From assembly GCF_964213995.1 (NCBI RefSeq), contig NC_135806.1, positions 21,328,001 to 21,392,000 on the forward strand: 64,000 nt of DNA. Reading direction: 5' to 3'. Under the pieces are notes generated by a model. That model saw only the letters and a list, made by a program, of their open reading frames with translations. It made no database searches and was not told the origin of the DNA. The stretch's first letter is position 1, and each line of letters opens with the position of its first letter. Positions 38,160 through 50,970 of the stretch are shown in pieces. The DNA is from Mustelus asterias (Eukaryota). The position numbers were made by a program, and so were the translations under genes.

Positions 38160-38590
38160 TACTTACATTGGAAGCAGTTCAGAGAAGGTTCATGAGGCTG
38201 ACTCCTCAATGAGGGGTTTGTCTTATGAGGAAAGATTGAGCAGGTTGGGTCGATAGTCATTGCAGTTTTTATGACTTGAGAAATTATCGAAACAAATATG
38301 ATTCTGAGGTGGCTTGACACAGCAGATGTTGAGAGGATGTTTCGCCCTGTGGGGGAATCTGGAACTTAGGAGTTTCAAATAAATGGCTTCCCATTTAAGA
38401 TGAAGAGGAACCAGAGAGCAGTGGAGGCTGGATCATTGAATAGATTCAAAACTGAGCGAGACCAATTCTTGATTCACACAGGCAGGAATGTGGAATTAAG
38501 GACACAATCAAATCAGTCATGATCTTACTGAATGGTGGAGCAGATTCAAGGGGCCAGATGGCCTACTTCTGCTCCTATTTCTTGTTATGT
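38160..38590 (+). mobile_element. Decayed CR1 3' fragment
   Basis: LEAVQRRFMRL and GLSYEERLSRLG, plus a CR1 3' UTR. Confidence 0.8.
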
Positions 38591-39408
38591 TCAAATGCAG
38601 GTAGGGATGGTGGCGGGCTATCAACATAGTGGTGATGACTCGCCAATGGCGTAATGAGGATCCCACCATGATCAATTATCGCTGCCCCCCCACCCTGTTG
38701 GACTTTAACCTGATGTTGTGAGACTTCTTACTGTGCCCCTCCCTCCCCTCCCCACCCACCAATGGTGTAATGAGGTTCCCACCATGCAAGGAGTCATACG
38801 CTGGCAATGCCCTGGGAGTAACCTTGCACAGCCCCTGGCTCTCCACCCACTCCCACTCCCAGCAGTACCAGGACATAGTGGCAGAGGGCAGTGCTGGGGG
38901 CTTCATTTGGGGAGATCTTTGAGGGAGGCTGGGTGTCCTGTGCCATGGGGGATTAGCTGTGTCTGTGGCGGGGGGCCCCCATGTGTGTTGGGAAGTCTCT
39001 GTATGCATTTTTTGGGTTCCCTGTGCGCGTCGGGGATGGGTTTCTGTGTCCATGAGGGGGCATCCTTGTTTTTATTTTTACTCTTTTGGGCCTGTTGATC
39101 TCTTGAAGGCTGAGGTTGCTGGTGGGGTGAGTTCATTCAGAGCAACCCCCTCCCCCCCACCCCCACCACCAGCATGACATCGTGTGACCCACTTTTCTCC
39201 TAGCTTAAAAAAAATTGTGGGAAATGCTGGTTTATGGAGTCGCTGGGGCAGCACACCGCATTTCCCGCCCGACCTGGCCGTTAGTTAATAACTCAAAACA
39301 TTCCACCCAGTGAATGGGACAAATCGACTATGTTAATATGCTCAAGTTAGTAACCACCTCCTCCAATGACCCAGATCTAGACTTATCCATCAATCAGTGA
39401 CACACAAA

Positions 39409-39531
39409 GGGTGCGATTTTCCGGCCGTGTTCAACCCAAGACCAGAAATCCCGTGGTCAACAGATCTTTGCATGTTCTGCCGAATTTTCTGCCCTGCCCA
39501 CTACGATTCCCGTGGGATGGAAAATTTTGCC
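39409..39531. mobile_element. Short Harbinger-type MITE
   Basis: Ends GGGTGCGATTTTCC / GGAAAATTTTGCC followed by TAA. Homologous to 24690-24826. Confidence 0.65.
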
Positions 39532-39837
39532 TAAAGTGTAAGGCATGATCAGCCAACACAGTCCCCCAAGACAGCCACTTTCTCACGAGTTACATTTGGC
39601 TATCCTTACTAAACAAAGACACGACCACCCATTCTGCAGTCAACCAACTGGCAGCAAGAATGTTGACATACCAAAAACACAATTGCCTGTTCACACAGCG
39701 GTAAGGTCCGACCCATAATCCCATGTTCCACTGTATATAACTACCTCTTTCAGTTGTTGCAGTCATTCCTCCAGACAATAGGCAGAGTACGCTGTTCAAA
39801 TATCAAGGCCTTCTAAGGCACTCTTCGAAGGTAACAA

Positions 39838-40121
39838 CGGCACGATGGCACAGTGGTTAGCACTGCTGCCTCACAGCGCCAGGTACCCAGGTCCGATTCC
39901 CAGTTTGGGTCACTGTCTGTGCGGAGTCTGCACATTCTCCCCGTGTCTGCGTGGGTTTCCTCTGGTTTCCTCCCACAGTCCAAAACACATGCTGGTTAGG
40001 TGCATTGGCCATGCTGAATTCTCCCTCAGTGTACCTGGCGCCGGAGTGTGCCGACTAGGGGATTTTCACAGTAGCTTCATCGCAGTGTTAATGTAAGCCT
40101 ACTTGTGACAATAACAATAAA
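39838..40121 (+). mobile_element. V-SINE, tail B
   Basis: Complete head, V-domain and a tail ending GTGACAATAACAATAAAA. Confidence 0.9.
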
Positions 40122-41070
40122 ACGCTTCAGAGTAAATATTATGCTGTGTACCCATAAAACCATCTTTCTAAAATACAAGATTGTGGCATCTGTTTCTATG
40201 ATTTAAAGCGATTAAATAACCAGAAGGTCATCACTGAAAGTTCGCTGAAAGGTGATCAAGGTTGATCTTTGCCATCAAGACCACCACGAGATGAGCTGCA
40301 AAAGGTCTGAATACGTATGCCATTTTGATGCCTGTGGAACTCTGGTTGAAGGGCAGCGAGTGTCAGATGGGAATCTGAATGGTGAGAATGGTGACTAAAG
40401 TCTTGAAGGGAATAAGCTGGAATTTGATCAGAGGAAGATCAGAGAGGATGTTGGCCAGAGGCAGCTGAAGCACAGGAATGCGCAGCCCGGCTTGCTCAAG
40501 ACACAGGGGTAGCAGTACATAGGAGTTAGAGGAAAGGAAGAGGAATAACTTGTTGTGCAAGGGTATTCACTTGGGTGTCTAACACTGTTCAGCTGTCAAT
40601 CTTACCAACAATGTTTATGCACCTAAACTTTATTCAAGTCTCGGTCATCAAGGCACCCCATTGTTGCCTGTCGCCTGCCAAAGGGAGGTGATAACTAATG
40701 AGTGTCTGTATGGATTACTGAATGTGGTTATGATTTGCAATAGGGCCTGTGGGGGTTGGGGTGGGAGTACTGGTGGGGAATGGGTGGCGACAGGGGTGGT
40801 GGCTTCGCAGTTTCAGCACTGGCACACTGCTTAGCTGAATTTCGGGCAACAGTAGCACCCATGTGAGTGACTACAGGTACCCTCCTCCCCCCATGCCACC
40901 TATTGCTTCTTCTCCGAAGCTATTGAGTGGTCATGACTTTCTCCTGGTGATGATTTTGTCCTCCTGCACCTTCTCTGCTGCATGAAGGCACAGCATACAA
41001 TGCCATTCCTGATGTAATAATATTAAAACAAAATACTGCAGATGCGGAAATCTAAAATAAAAAGAAAATC

Positions 41071-41368
41071 GGTGGCATGGTGGCACAGTGGTTAGCACTG
41101 GTGCCTCACAGTGCAAGGGACCCGGGTTCAATTCTGGCCTTGGATAAATGTCTGTGTGGAGTTTACACATTCTCCCTGGGTCTGTGTGGGTTAGCTCCAC
41201 GTGCTCCAGTTTCCTCCCACAGTCCAAATGTCATGCCAAATTGCCCTTAGTGTCAGGGGGGGTTAGCAGGGTAAATATGTGGGGTTACGTGGATTGGGCC
41301 TGGGTGGGGTGCAGGCTTGATGGGCCAATGACCTCCTTCTGTACTGTAGGAAATCTATGAATTTATGA
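41071..41368 (+). mobile_element. V-SINE, tail A
   Basis: Head, V-domain and CR1-type tail. Confidence 0.9.
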
Positions 41369-42785
41369 CTCTAGCATCTGTGGAGACAGAAACAGAGTTA
41401 ACATTGAGTCCTTACGACTCTTCTTCACAGCTTCCAGCAGGTCAGTAGAAGAGGTGAAGGCAAAACTAAATCAGGCTGTTGGTAACCTTGATCAGGACAC
41501 CTTACCCAGGAACTGATCATAACTCCATTTAGTCATAGGGTTTGTGGTCTCTGCTCAACAAGAATGCACATGCCTGAATTCCTATCCCAGGTGTGGAAAA
41601 ACAACATTCAGAATAAATGGCAATGTGGCAATGAATGCCCATCTGGTCAACCGAGAAAATCTTTATCTAGAATGCTTCAGACATTAAGAGTCTGAGTTTC
41701 CTGAGGGACAGGTGATTGGTAATATCCAGAAGGTTAATTCCCCCCATGGTTAAAGATGCAGTCCATTGACATTCAGGACATTAATAGCAGACACCCCTGT
41801 CTCAGGGGGAATCCCCATTCTCATGAATGCACTGGAGTTAAATGTGGAAGTCAGCAGAATCCTTCTGGCTTCCCAACACACTGGCATTTTTTGATGTTTT
41901 AAACTTTCCGTATGCAGAAACTCACCCAATATACCTGAGGGCAAAACCTGTCATGAACCAACATCCCATTGGGCAATGCTTTAAAAAACAATTATTTTGA
42001 AAATAGTTTTAAAAACATCCTTCATAACTGGGTGATTAATAAATCTGAGAATGGGTTTATCATAGAAAAGAAAGCATGTTAAATTCATCCAATTTTAAAC
42101 CATTGAAAATATACACAACCCTTTTCTAGTCAGTCTTGTAGTAAATCAAAGGAAAAGCATGCAACCTTTCAAAATGTACATATTAGCGTCCTTGTATCCA
42201 TAAGTTCCACATTACTTTGAGAAACTTCATGGACTATAAATGAGCATAATTTGCATAAATTTCCTATGGCAATTAATTCATCACGGAGGCAAGGTCATTT
42301 TTTGCGGACAAGGCCTGCTCCTGGCAGAATATTTTTACAACTAGTGCAAAAGATTGCAGAAACTCACATTGTGCACAACTCAACTGGCCCTTAAAATTCC
42401 ATGATCTTTCCTGACAGCCAGGCTGATGTCAGGGGAATCGTTTCAAAAGTGAGATGCAATTGAATGGAAATTCCAGGTCAAAACCGTAAAATCCACAGAC
42501 AGGCCGATGGTTCTCCTATCAAAGACTTCATAGTCTTTGATCAAAGTACTGTTGGCAATCAGCTCCAAATGGGATGGAGCTGCCAAAGCAAACCTACTTC
42601 AATCCGACGCATTGATCATATCAGTCAAGGAGCCCATACGAATCGCTGGTTGGGAAATGAGAAGTGGGAGGTATCCTTGTGAAGTTAGAAGAATAGAGAG
42701 AAATCTATTCTGGAAGTTGTTTTCTCCCATCTGGGATAGAAATTCAGACGTGCCCATTTTTGTTGCGCACAGACCACAAACCTTG

Positions 42786-43908
42786 CGTGGGATTCTCCCA
42801 AAGAAATTCTCAGTGTCGAATTCGCATAAAAACTGGAGTAAATCCCGCTGGTTTTTGTAGTGGGAGTTTCAAAATGAATCTCCCACACTCTGTGCATCAC
42901 AGAGTGCCCTGGCATGAAAGACTCCAAAAATCAATGGTCAGAGCGCATATGGACTATCAGCATAGCGCTGAGCAAACTACCGCGCATGTGCTGATCTGTC
43001 AGCACCGAGATCGGCGCATGCGCTGTGGCCCTGCACTGGCCAGCTCGATCACTGGATAGCTCCGTGCTCCCAATCGCTGGCCAGACCTGTGACCCCGGCA
43101 ATGCCAGCCCTCCGAGCCCCCCACCGCCCGATCGCTGGGCCCGCGAACATGTCCGAACAGCCTCGCCCTGCCCCCCCCTTCCCCAAACCCCCACCTGGCC
43201 TTGATCTACTCCCTGGCAGTCCAGATCTCCTGATTCCCCCCCACCATTCCCCCCCTGCCACCTCCCCGCCCCACCCCGATGCCCAGCCCCAACCGTTGGC
43301 CTCCCTCCCTCTGCTTGCAATGCCAAATGCAGAGTAGCTGCGGGATCACCGACCCCCACTAATCCCCCCCCTCCCCAGAGGCTCCACCCCGTTAAGCCCC
43401 ACCCCAATGCCCAGTGGCAGTGCCAAGCTACGCCCTAGGCATAGGCACTTTGCCCCTTGGGCAGTGCAAGGGGGTGAGGCTGGCACTGTCAAGGTGGCAA
43501 TGCCCAAGGGGCACCCTCCCTTAACCCGACCCTCCTGGGGGAGGGGGGCCTCGATTGCACCCCCTTCACTCCAGCAGGGTCGGACCCCCAGCTCACCACA
43601 AGTAGGGAGCTATCGTAAACACTGCTGGAGTGAGCCACTCCTGGCTGGGGGCGGGGAGAGGCTAGTGGGTCCGGAGACTTCAGTCCCTGGCCCACTAATG
43701 ATATTTAAATATATTAAAATTAATATTAACATAATTTATGCATCTCCACGCCAGTTTCTGGCATGGAGTTGACGGCGCTGGAAAGCTTGCTGCCAGAGAC
43801 TTATGGAGGCCATGGTGTCCCGTGGGCAGCTCGCAAAACAGCCTCCGCTTGAGTGTCCCAGCCTGCTGCAGTGTAAACGCAGCACAGTGGGCTGGGAGAA
43901 TCACTCCA
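42786..43908. mobile_element. Non-autonomous Harbinger-type element
   Basis: Ends GGGATTCTCCC / GGGAGAATCAC. Same family as 15128-15800, in opposite orientation. Confidence 0.7.
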
Positions 43909-44009
43909 CTCCCTCTGTGGGAGTCCCAACTTGTTATGATTCTGTTTGGGATACCCCTGCATTGTTCTGCCACCAGAGATGAGGGACGACCAGGCCCCCT
44001 TTCATTATT

Positions 44010-44315
44010 TAACTCCCACCAACTTTTACAAATGCACTATAGAAAGCATTCGTTCTGGTTGTATCACAGCTCGGTATGGTTCCTGCTCTGCCCAAGGCCG
44101 CAAGAACCTACAAAGTGTCGTGAGTGAAGTCCGGTCCATCACGGAAACCAGCCCCCCATCCACTGACACTGTCTATTCTTCCCACCGCCTTGGACAAGCA
44201 GCCAGCATAAATAAAGACCCCACGCATCCAGGACATATTCTCTTCCACCTTCTTCCATTGGGAGGAAAGATACAAAAGTCTGAGGTCACACACAACTGGC
44301 TTGAGAACAGCTTCT
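44010..44315 (+). mobile_element. Rex1/Babar LINE fragment
   Basis: Translates as TNFYKCTIESIRSGCITARYGSCS and INKDPTHPGH.LF.LLP. Confidence 0.8.
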
Positions 44316-44519
44316 TACACACACACGCACGCACATAAATAAAAAATTTTTTTTTTTAAATCAGTCTTTGACTTTTCCATGAGCAGTAGATGGTGAAACG
44401 TTGCAGCCATAAGGTTGCATGGATCCAATAGCTCTGAGTTCAGTAGTTGGTTTTTGAAATTTCTGGTTCAACAGTTTAGCCGAGAGGAGTTGTCCTGTTG
44501 CCTCTGCAACTAGGGTAGG

Positions 44520-45255
44520 GTTCTGAAGGTAGGGTTCTGAAGAATGTGGAGGAACAGAGAGATCTTGGGGTTCATATCCATAGATCTCTGAAGGTTGCCA
44601 CTCAAGTGGATAGAGCCATGAAGAAGGCCGATAGTGTGTTGGCGCTCATCAACAGGGGGTTTGAGTTTAAGAGCCGTGGGGTTATGCTGCAACTGTACAG
44701 GACCTTGGTGAGACCACATTTGGAATATTGTGTGCAGTTCTGGTCACCTCACTACAAGAAGGATGTGGAGACACTGGAAAGAGTGCAAAGGAGATTTACC
44801 AGGACGCTGCCTGGTTTGGAGGGTAGGTCTTATGAGGAAAGGTTGAGGGAACTTGGGCTTTTCTCTTTGGAGCGGAGGAGGTTGAGAGGAGACTTGATAG
44901 AGGTTTATAAGATGATGAGGGGGATAGATAGAGTGAACGTTCAAAGACTATTTCCTCGGGTGAATGGAGCGGTAACTAGGGGGCATAACTATAGGGTTCA
45001 TGGTGGGAGATATAGGAAGGATGTCCGAGGTAGGTTTTTTACTCAGAGAGTGGTTGGGGTGTGGAATGGACTGCCTGCAGGGATAGTGGAGTCAGAAACT
45101 TTAGGAACATTTAAGAAGCTATTGGATAGGCACATGGAGTACTTCGGGATGATAGGGAGGAAATAGCTTGATCTGGGTTTCAGACAAAGCTCGGCACAAC
45201 ATCGTGGGCCGAAGGACCTGTTCTGTGCTGTACTGTTCTATGTTCTATGTTCTAA
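44520..45255 (+). mobile_element. CR1 LINE 3' end with an open ORF2 C-terminus (44546-45166)
   Basis: [29 protein letters not shown] and FFTQRVVGVWNGLP, with tail (TTCTATG)n. Confidence 0.95.
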
Positions 45256-45607
45256 CTCTGGCTTTGCAGACTAGATTTGTTTCCAACAATTAGAGTGAGA
45301 GGGTGAGATCTTTTATCTGTCAGAGCAGGGGCGCCTAGGATATCCTTCAGCTCTGACCTCCAGTGGAACAAGAACGCCAGGCAAGCCCACAGAGACCAGA
45401 GTTGCAGCTGATTTTAAGACACTAGATTCTGCGGTGTAGCTGGGGAGCTGTCTGATTTCCTTCTAGCTTTATGGCTTTTGTTGAGCTGTCTTCCATCAAC
45501 AGGGAGAGAGGGATCTTTTTTTCCGTGGCTGCCTTTGCAGGGTTGACGGTCTGCTGTCATTTCTTGTTTCTGCGTCACACACTCTGACACCCCAGCAGTG
45601 GTCAGTG

Positions 45608-45865
45608 GGTGGCACAGTGACACAGTGGTTAGCACTGCTGCCTCACAGTGCCAGGGACCCCGGTTCAATTCTATCCTCGGGTGACTGTGTGGAGTTTGCA
45701 CATTCTCGTTGTGTGGGTTTCCTCCAGGCGCTTCAGTTTTCTCCCAGAGTCCAATGTGTAGGTAGGTAGATTGGCCATGCTAAAATTGCCCCTTCGTGTC
45801 CCAAGATGTGTAGGGTAAAGGTATTAGCAGGGTAAATCCATGGGGTTACGGGGATAGGGCCTAGG
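45608..45865 (+). mobile_element. V-SINE
   Basis: Head and V-domain. Confidence 0.85.
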
Positions 45866-46329
45866 TCTTTCGGGATTCTCTGAATACACCCTGACCAGAT
45901 CTACAGCTGTTTTCTTTTAATCCACAAACAGGTCTGGGATATAACTTAAAGGATATGATTCCTGCTGAGATGATAATCAGCTTCCATTATCTCCACATGA
46001 GATAACAATTCAGTCTGTATTGCTTCTTCCTTTGAAATGTCTGAGAAAGATTGCTGAGAAAGAATTGAGTATAATCCACACAGGAACTTTTCAGACAGCC
46101 ACTGAACTATGTTCTCAGAATTTATATTGCCAGTCATCCTTGGCTTGTGTGGCCATTTTCAAAGCACAGGTGATAATTAAAAGTTCAATGTGGCTGTACG
46201 CAATTCAGGACTGTGATCCATTGTTATGGCAGTGCTGAGGTCCCAGGCAGTAATGATATTGCAGCTCAGATCTACTTCCATCAAGCTGGTGAGCAGGAAG
46301 ATCAAGACGCTGCTCATGTTTTGGCAGTG

Positions 46330-46425
46330 ATGTGGGTTGACTCTCAACTGCCAAGGGCATCTAGGGCTGGGCAATAAAGGCTGGCCAGACAGCGACACCC
46401 ATGTCGCATAAATGAATAAAAAAAA
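46330..46425 (+). mobile_element. 3' tail of the L2-tailed SINE/LINE
   Basis: Reads TGGGCAATAAAGGCTGGCCAG..AGCGACACCCATGTC..ATAAATGAAT. Confidence 0.75.
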
Positions 46426-47387
46426 CTAACAAATAAATAATGAGTGGTTGGAGTTAGAGACTGGGGGACAGAGATTGGAAGCCGAGAGGAGCAATTGTGC
46501 TGAATGGTGATGAGGTGGGAGTGGGCCATGTGAAATGAGGGGCAGCAGTACATGTTCTTCAACTGCAGAGTCTGGTAGAATACAGCTGTCATCCCAGTTC
46601 AACATTCTGGTACGTACATCGGTAAAGTGGCCCTGAGGCATGATTTACCCGAGGGGATACCGGTACATTGCAGTTGGGACCACAAGCGGGTGTTGCACCC
46701 TCGCTTGCATAGCCATCTCAAAATAATCGTGTGCCCTTTCTCAACATTGTGCGCGTAGCAGGGCTGTCAGCATTTAAAAAGAATGCGTGCTGCACAGCTG
46801 AATTTATCAGCCCTGATACAGCAAGCACTCAGTACTGAAACAGGATGCATGAATAAAATATTACATTCTGTGATTCTCACCTTCTTCGGATTGATGAGGA
46901 ATATATTGACTAAAATATGAAAAAAATCCTATCTGCACTAAAAATAAAATGAGCGAAAACAGAGCAGATTACAAAGCAGTTTTTTCAAGCGTTTTCTTAA
47001 ATATTACTTTTCTTTCTTCCTGGTCCCATATCACGAGTGTCATTATACAGAACAGTAAAGTCAGCGTTTTTTTATGAATTAAATTAGAATCTACCTGTGC
47101 CACATGTGGCAGACAAAACACATGCTTATGTCTGTTTTTGTCGCTAGATTTTCCAGAAACAGGTCACTAGTCATGTCGAGCATGGCTGACCAGAAGACTC
47201 TCCTGTCCTTCCAGCCTACCAGAGGCACATTTGGAGAGATATATTGTGACATTATGAATGCACCTTCTGTGGCCATAACTTCCTGAAATGGGATTTGAAC
47301 CTGGAGCTTCTGGCTCAGAGAGGCACAGCCACTACCCACTGTGCCACAAGACATCCTTAACTGAATTCACAGAATAACAAATTTATT

Positions 47388-47730
47388 TCATAGAATTTCA
47401 TAGAATCCCGACAGTACAGAAAGAGGCCATTCAGCCCATCAAGTCTGCACCAACCACAATCCCACCCAGGCCCTACCCCCATATACCTTCATATTTACCC
47501 ACTAATCCCTCTAACCTACGCATCTCAGGACACTATGGGGCAATTTTTTAGCATGGCCAATCAACCTAACCCGCACATCTTTGGACTGTGGGAGGAAACC
47601 AGAGCACCTGGAGGAAACCCACGCAGACACGAGAAGAATGTGCAAATTTCACACAGACAGTGACCCAAGCCGGGAATCGAACCCAGGTCCCTGGAGCTGT
47701 GAAGCAACAGTGCTAACCACTGTGCTACCA
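47388..47730 (-). mobile_element. V-SINE, tail A
   Basis: Full unit on the reverse strand; same subfamily as 63425-63646. Confidence 0.9.
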
Positions 47731-47940
47731 TGGTTATTTAAATAGAAATATAGAAGAGAAGACGTAGGAATCATAAAATCATGGGAATCATGTTTCATCT
47801 CCACACGCACGCGCACACACGCACACATACGTTGGACCATTTCTGTGGTTGTGACACAGAGTAATCTATTTAATTCAAAAGGAGAGAGAAATGAACAAAG
47901 AAAGAAAACAAATAGATGAATCGAGAAAGGAAAATCCTTG

Positions 47941-48207
47941 GGGTGGCACAGTGGTTAGCACTGCTGCCTCACCAGGGACCCGGGTTCGATTTCCGGCTTG
48001 GGTCACTGTCTGTGGAGTTTGCATGTTCTCCTCGTGTCTGCATGGGTTTCCTCCGGGTGCTCCGGTTTCCTCCCAAAGTCTGAAAGACGTGCTGGTTAGG
48101 TGCACTGACCCATACCGACACCGGAGCGTGGCTAGGGGACTAGGGGAATTTCACAGTAACTTCATTGCTGTGTTAACGTAAGCCTTTCTTGTGACTAATA
48201 AACAAAC
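47941..48207 (+). mobile_element. V-SINE, tail B
   Basis: Full unit. Confidence 0.9.
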
Positions 48208-49304
48208 TTTTGACTTTTAACTTTAGGGAAAAGGACAAAGATACACAGTGGAAATGGAAAGAGGACTGATCTCTGAGAAAGGAAGGAAATCAGAGAGGCA
48301 GAGAGAAAGAATGGAGCTGATAAACAGAAGGAAAAGAGCAGAGAGATGGGGCTGGATTTACTGCCCCCCATTAGGTATATTTTCAGAGTGGTGGGGGGGG
48401 GGGGGGGGGGGGGGTGGGGCAGCTCAAACATGTCAGGTGTTCATCCCACTTACTTCCCACCCAAAAATGTTCCTCATAATATGAGGTGGCAAGTCACCCA
48501 CTGGGCCACCTGCCTTTAGGCCTACTGAAGCCCTTAACTGTTCAGTTAATTGACAATTAAAGGCCTCAACCTGCCTCCACCAGCCTAAAACACTAAGCAG
48601 TGGCAGCAGGCCAGGTTGTGAAGACTGTTTTCGAAAGGGCTTCTTTGAAAAGATGGGTAAGGAGGAGTAGCACATCAATAGGGGAGCACCTTATGTGCAT
48701 CAGGTGCACCCCCTTCTGTCCCTCCCTGTCCCCCCAAACCATGTTCCTCTTGACTTTCCCTCCAAACCCGGCTCCCCAAACCCCTCTCCCCACTGTTGAG
48801 TTCTCTGAAGCCTCCCGCTCTAAAAGAGCTTGGACGGAACTGTCTCCGATCACCATCACTCTACTTCCTGCATCTCCCCGCAACCCTTACAGCACCCACT
48901 ACTGGACTCTGGCACTGCTGGTTAATCTGAATGGTTGAGACTTCCTGTCTAATGGGGGGGAAGCGGGGGCGCGAAGTCCAACCATGAGCTTTTTTAGCCC
49001 ACCTCACACCACCACCAGCCTATTATCACTGCAGGGAAAACTCTTTAAAGGCCATTCTATTTGGACCACCTTTGTTTCTCGAAGAGTCAAGCAGCACACA
49101 CCCCCCCACCCCCAGCCGTCCCCCAGCCTCCCTGCCCCAACCTGCCTCCATTAAGTCAAGGCCATGGCAACTCAGAAGGAAAGAAGGTAAAGGAAGAGAC
49201 ACCAGAGAAACAGAAAGGACCAAATAGGAAAAAACATAAAGTAAAGAAGAAGCTAGGAGAGATGAAAGAAGAGATATGATGATGTGGAAGAAATGGAGTT
49301 CCCA

Positions 49305-49480
49305 GAATGCCAACAGTGCAAAAGGAGGCTATTCGGTCCATCGAGTCTGCACCGACCACCCAATCCCATAATCCCACCCAAGCCCTATTTTCTCAACCCC
49401 TCACATTCACCATGCTAATCCACTGACACTAGGGTCAATTTAGCATGGCCAATCAATCTAACCCGCACATCTTTGGACTG
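49305..49480 (-). mobile_element. V-SINE 3' half, tail A
   Basis: Reverse strand shows the end of the V-domain and the CR1-type tail. Confidence 0.85.
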
Positions 49481-49699
49481 AGAGTTGAGAGAGAGACACA
49501 CAGAGGAGACAAATGTAACAAAGGTTGGGAATGAGAGTAAAGCTTGTGAATGCAAGCAATGGAGAAATGTGAAGACAAGTATGTGTATTAAAAGGAAAAA
49601 TCATTAAAACCTGCCTGAACTGGTCTTGTGTACATTAAAATGGAACGCCAATATTACTGTTCCAGTATTACTGATTTTCATTGGGATTTGAAAAGGTTT

Positions 49700-50150
49700 A
49701 TCTATTGTTTCCTAGTGCTTCTCATAATCTGAGGATATTTCAAAACGCATCATAGCCAATGAAGTACTTTTGAAATGTAGTCACTTTTGCGATGTAGGAA
49801 ATATAACAGACAATATGCAGGCGGGAAAGACCACAACGGCAAGGTGAGAGAATGACCACATCTCATGATGTTGATTGAAAGATCAATATTGGCCAGGACA
49901 TCTGTGATAACTGCCTTGCTCTTATTTGAAATTGTGCCATGGGATGTATTTCATCCATTTAAAGAGGGCAGACAGCACTTCATTTAACATTTCATCTGAA
50001 AAATGTCACCTCCAACAGTGCAGCAATTCCTTAATATGGCACTGCAGTATCAGCCTAGCCTTTTGTGCTCAGGTCACTAGACTAGAACTCCAACAACTCA
50101 GCCTTGTTAACTCAAAGACGTGAGTGGTACAAACTGAGGTATGGCTGACA
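49700..50150 (-). mobile_element. Old Deu-domain SINE
   Basis: Reverse strand reads GTCCTGGCCAATATTGATC, TTTCCTACATCGCAAAAGTGACTACATTTCAAAAGTACTTCATTGGCT. Confidence 0.65.
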
Positions 50151-50749
50151 GAGAGCTGCACGAGTTGGTTGATCAATTTGTGGGACTGTTACAGAAAGGA
50201 GAGGTTGGATGACAGATAGATACCAAATTAAATAGTAACAAGATTAGAAAGAAGAGAACTGACATGGGAGTGAAGTAAAATCAAATGTAACAAATTTACT
50301 CTATCAGAGTGCACAGAGGAATGCATACTCATTGCACTTTTTAAAGTTACTACTGAACGACATGATATTTGCAACTCCTTTGAATTTACAAAATGCAATT
50401 TTAGAATAAAGGCAAAGCGAGGCCAGATGCTTTCATTCTGTCAAAGTGAGGTATCAATTGGGGATTTTGTTCTTGTGGATCGCTAATCTAAAGGTGCAGG
50501 CGACAATTGTTTAGCTCCATTGGATAGCAACAGCAAATTAACATTGGGCATATTTCCAAATCATGCAAACAGTTTAATGGTTAAGGAAGATAGACCAAAG
50601 GGTTCTTGAGTGAAGGTTGCAAAATTCAGCCTGACAAGCTTGATTCATGTTAGCTGGCTGCAAATCGAACTCTCAGGATCAGGGAAGAGCATTGCACGCA
50701 GATATTTACATACATCCGCATGGTTAAACTTTTAAATGCACTGAGAACA

Positions 50750-50970
50750 GGCCCCTTTGGACCCTTTTGTATCTCTCCCCTCTCACCTTAAACCTATGCC
50801 CTCTAGTTTTAGACTCCCCTACCTTTGGAAAAATATCTATGCCCCTCATTATTTTATAGACCTCTATAAGATCGCCCCTCAGCCTTCTACGCTCCAGAGA
50901 AAAAAGTCCCAGTTTACCCAGTCTCTCCTTATAACTAAACCATCAAGTCCCGGTAAGTATCCGAGTAAAT
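50750..50970 (-). mobile_element. CR1 ORF2 3' fragment
   Basis: Near-identical in part to 21525-21610. Confidence 0.8.

Noticed and set aside
38690-38736. Single-arm fragment of the PLE terminal repeat
   Set aside because: It has no tail, no inverted partner and only low-complexity flanks, so it was not counted in the series.
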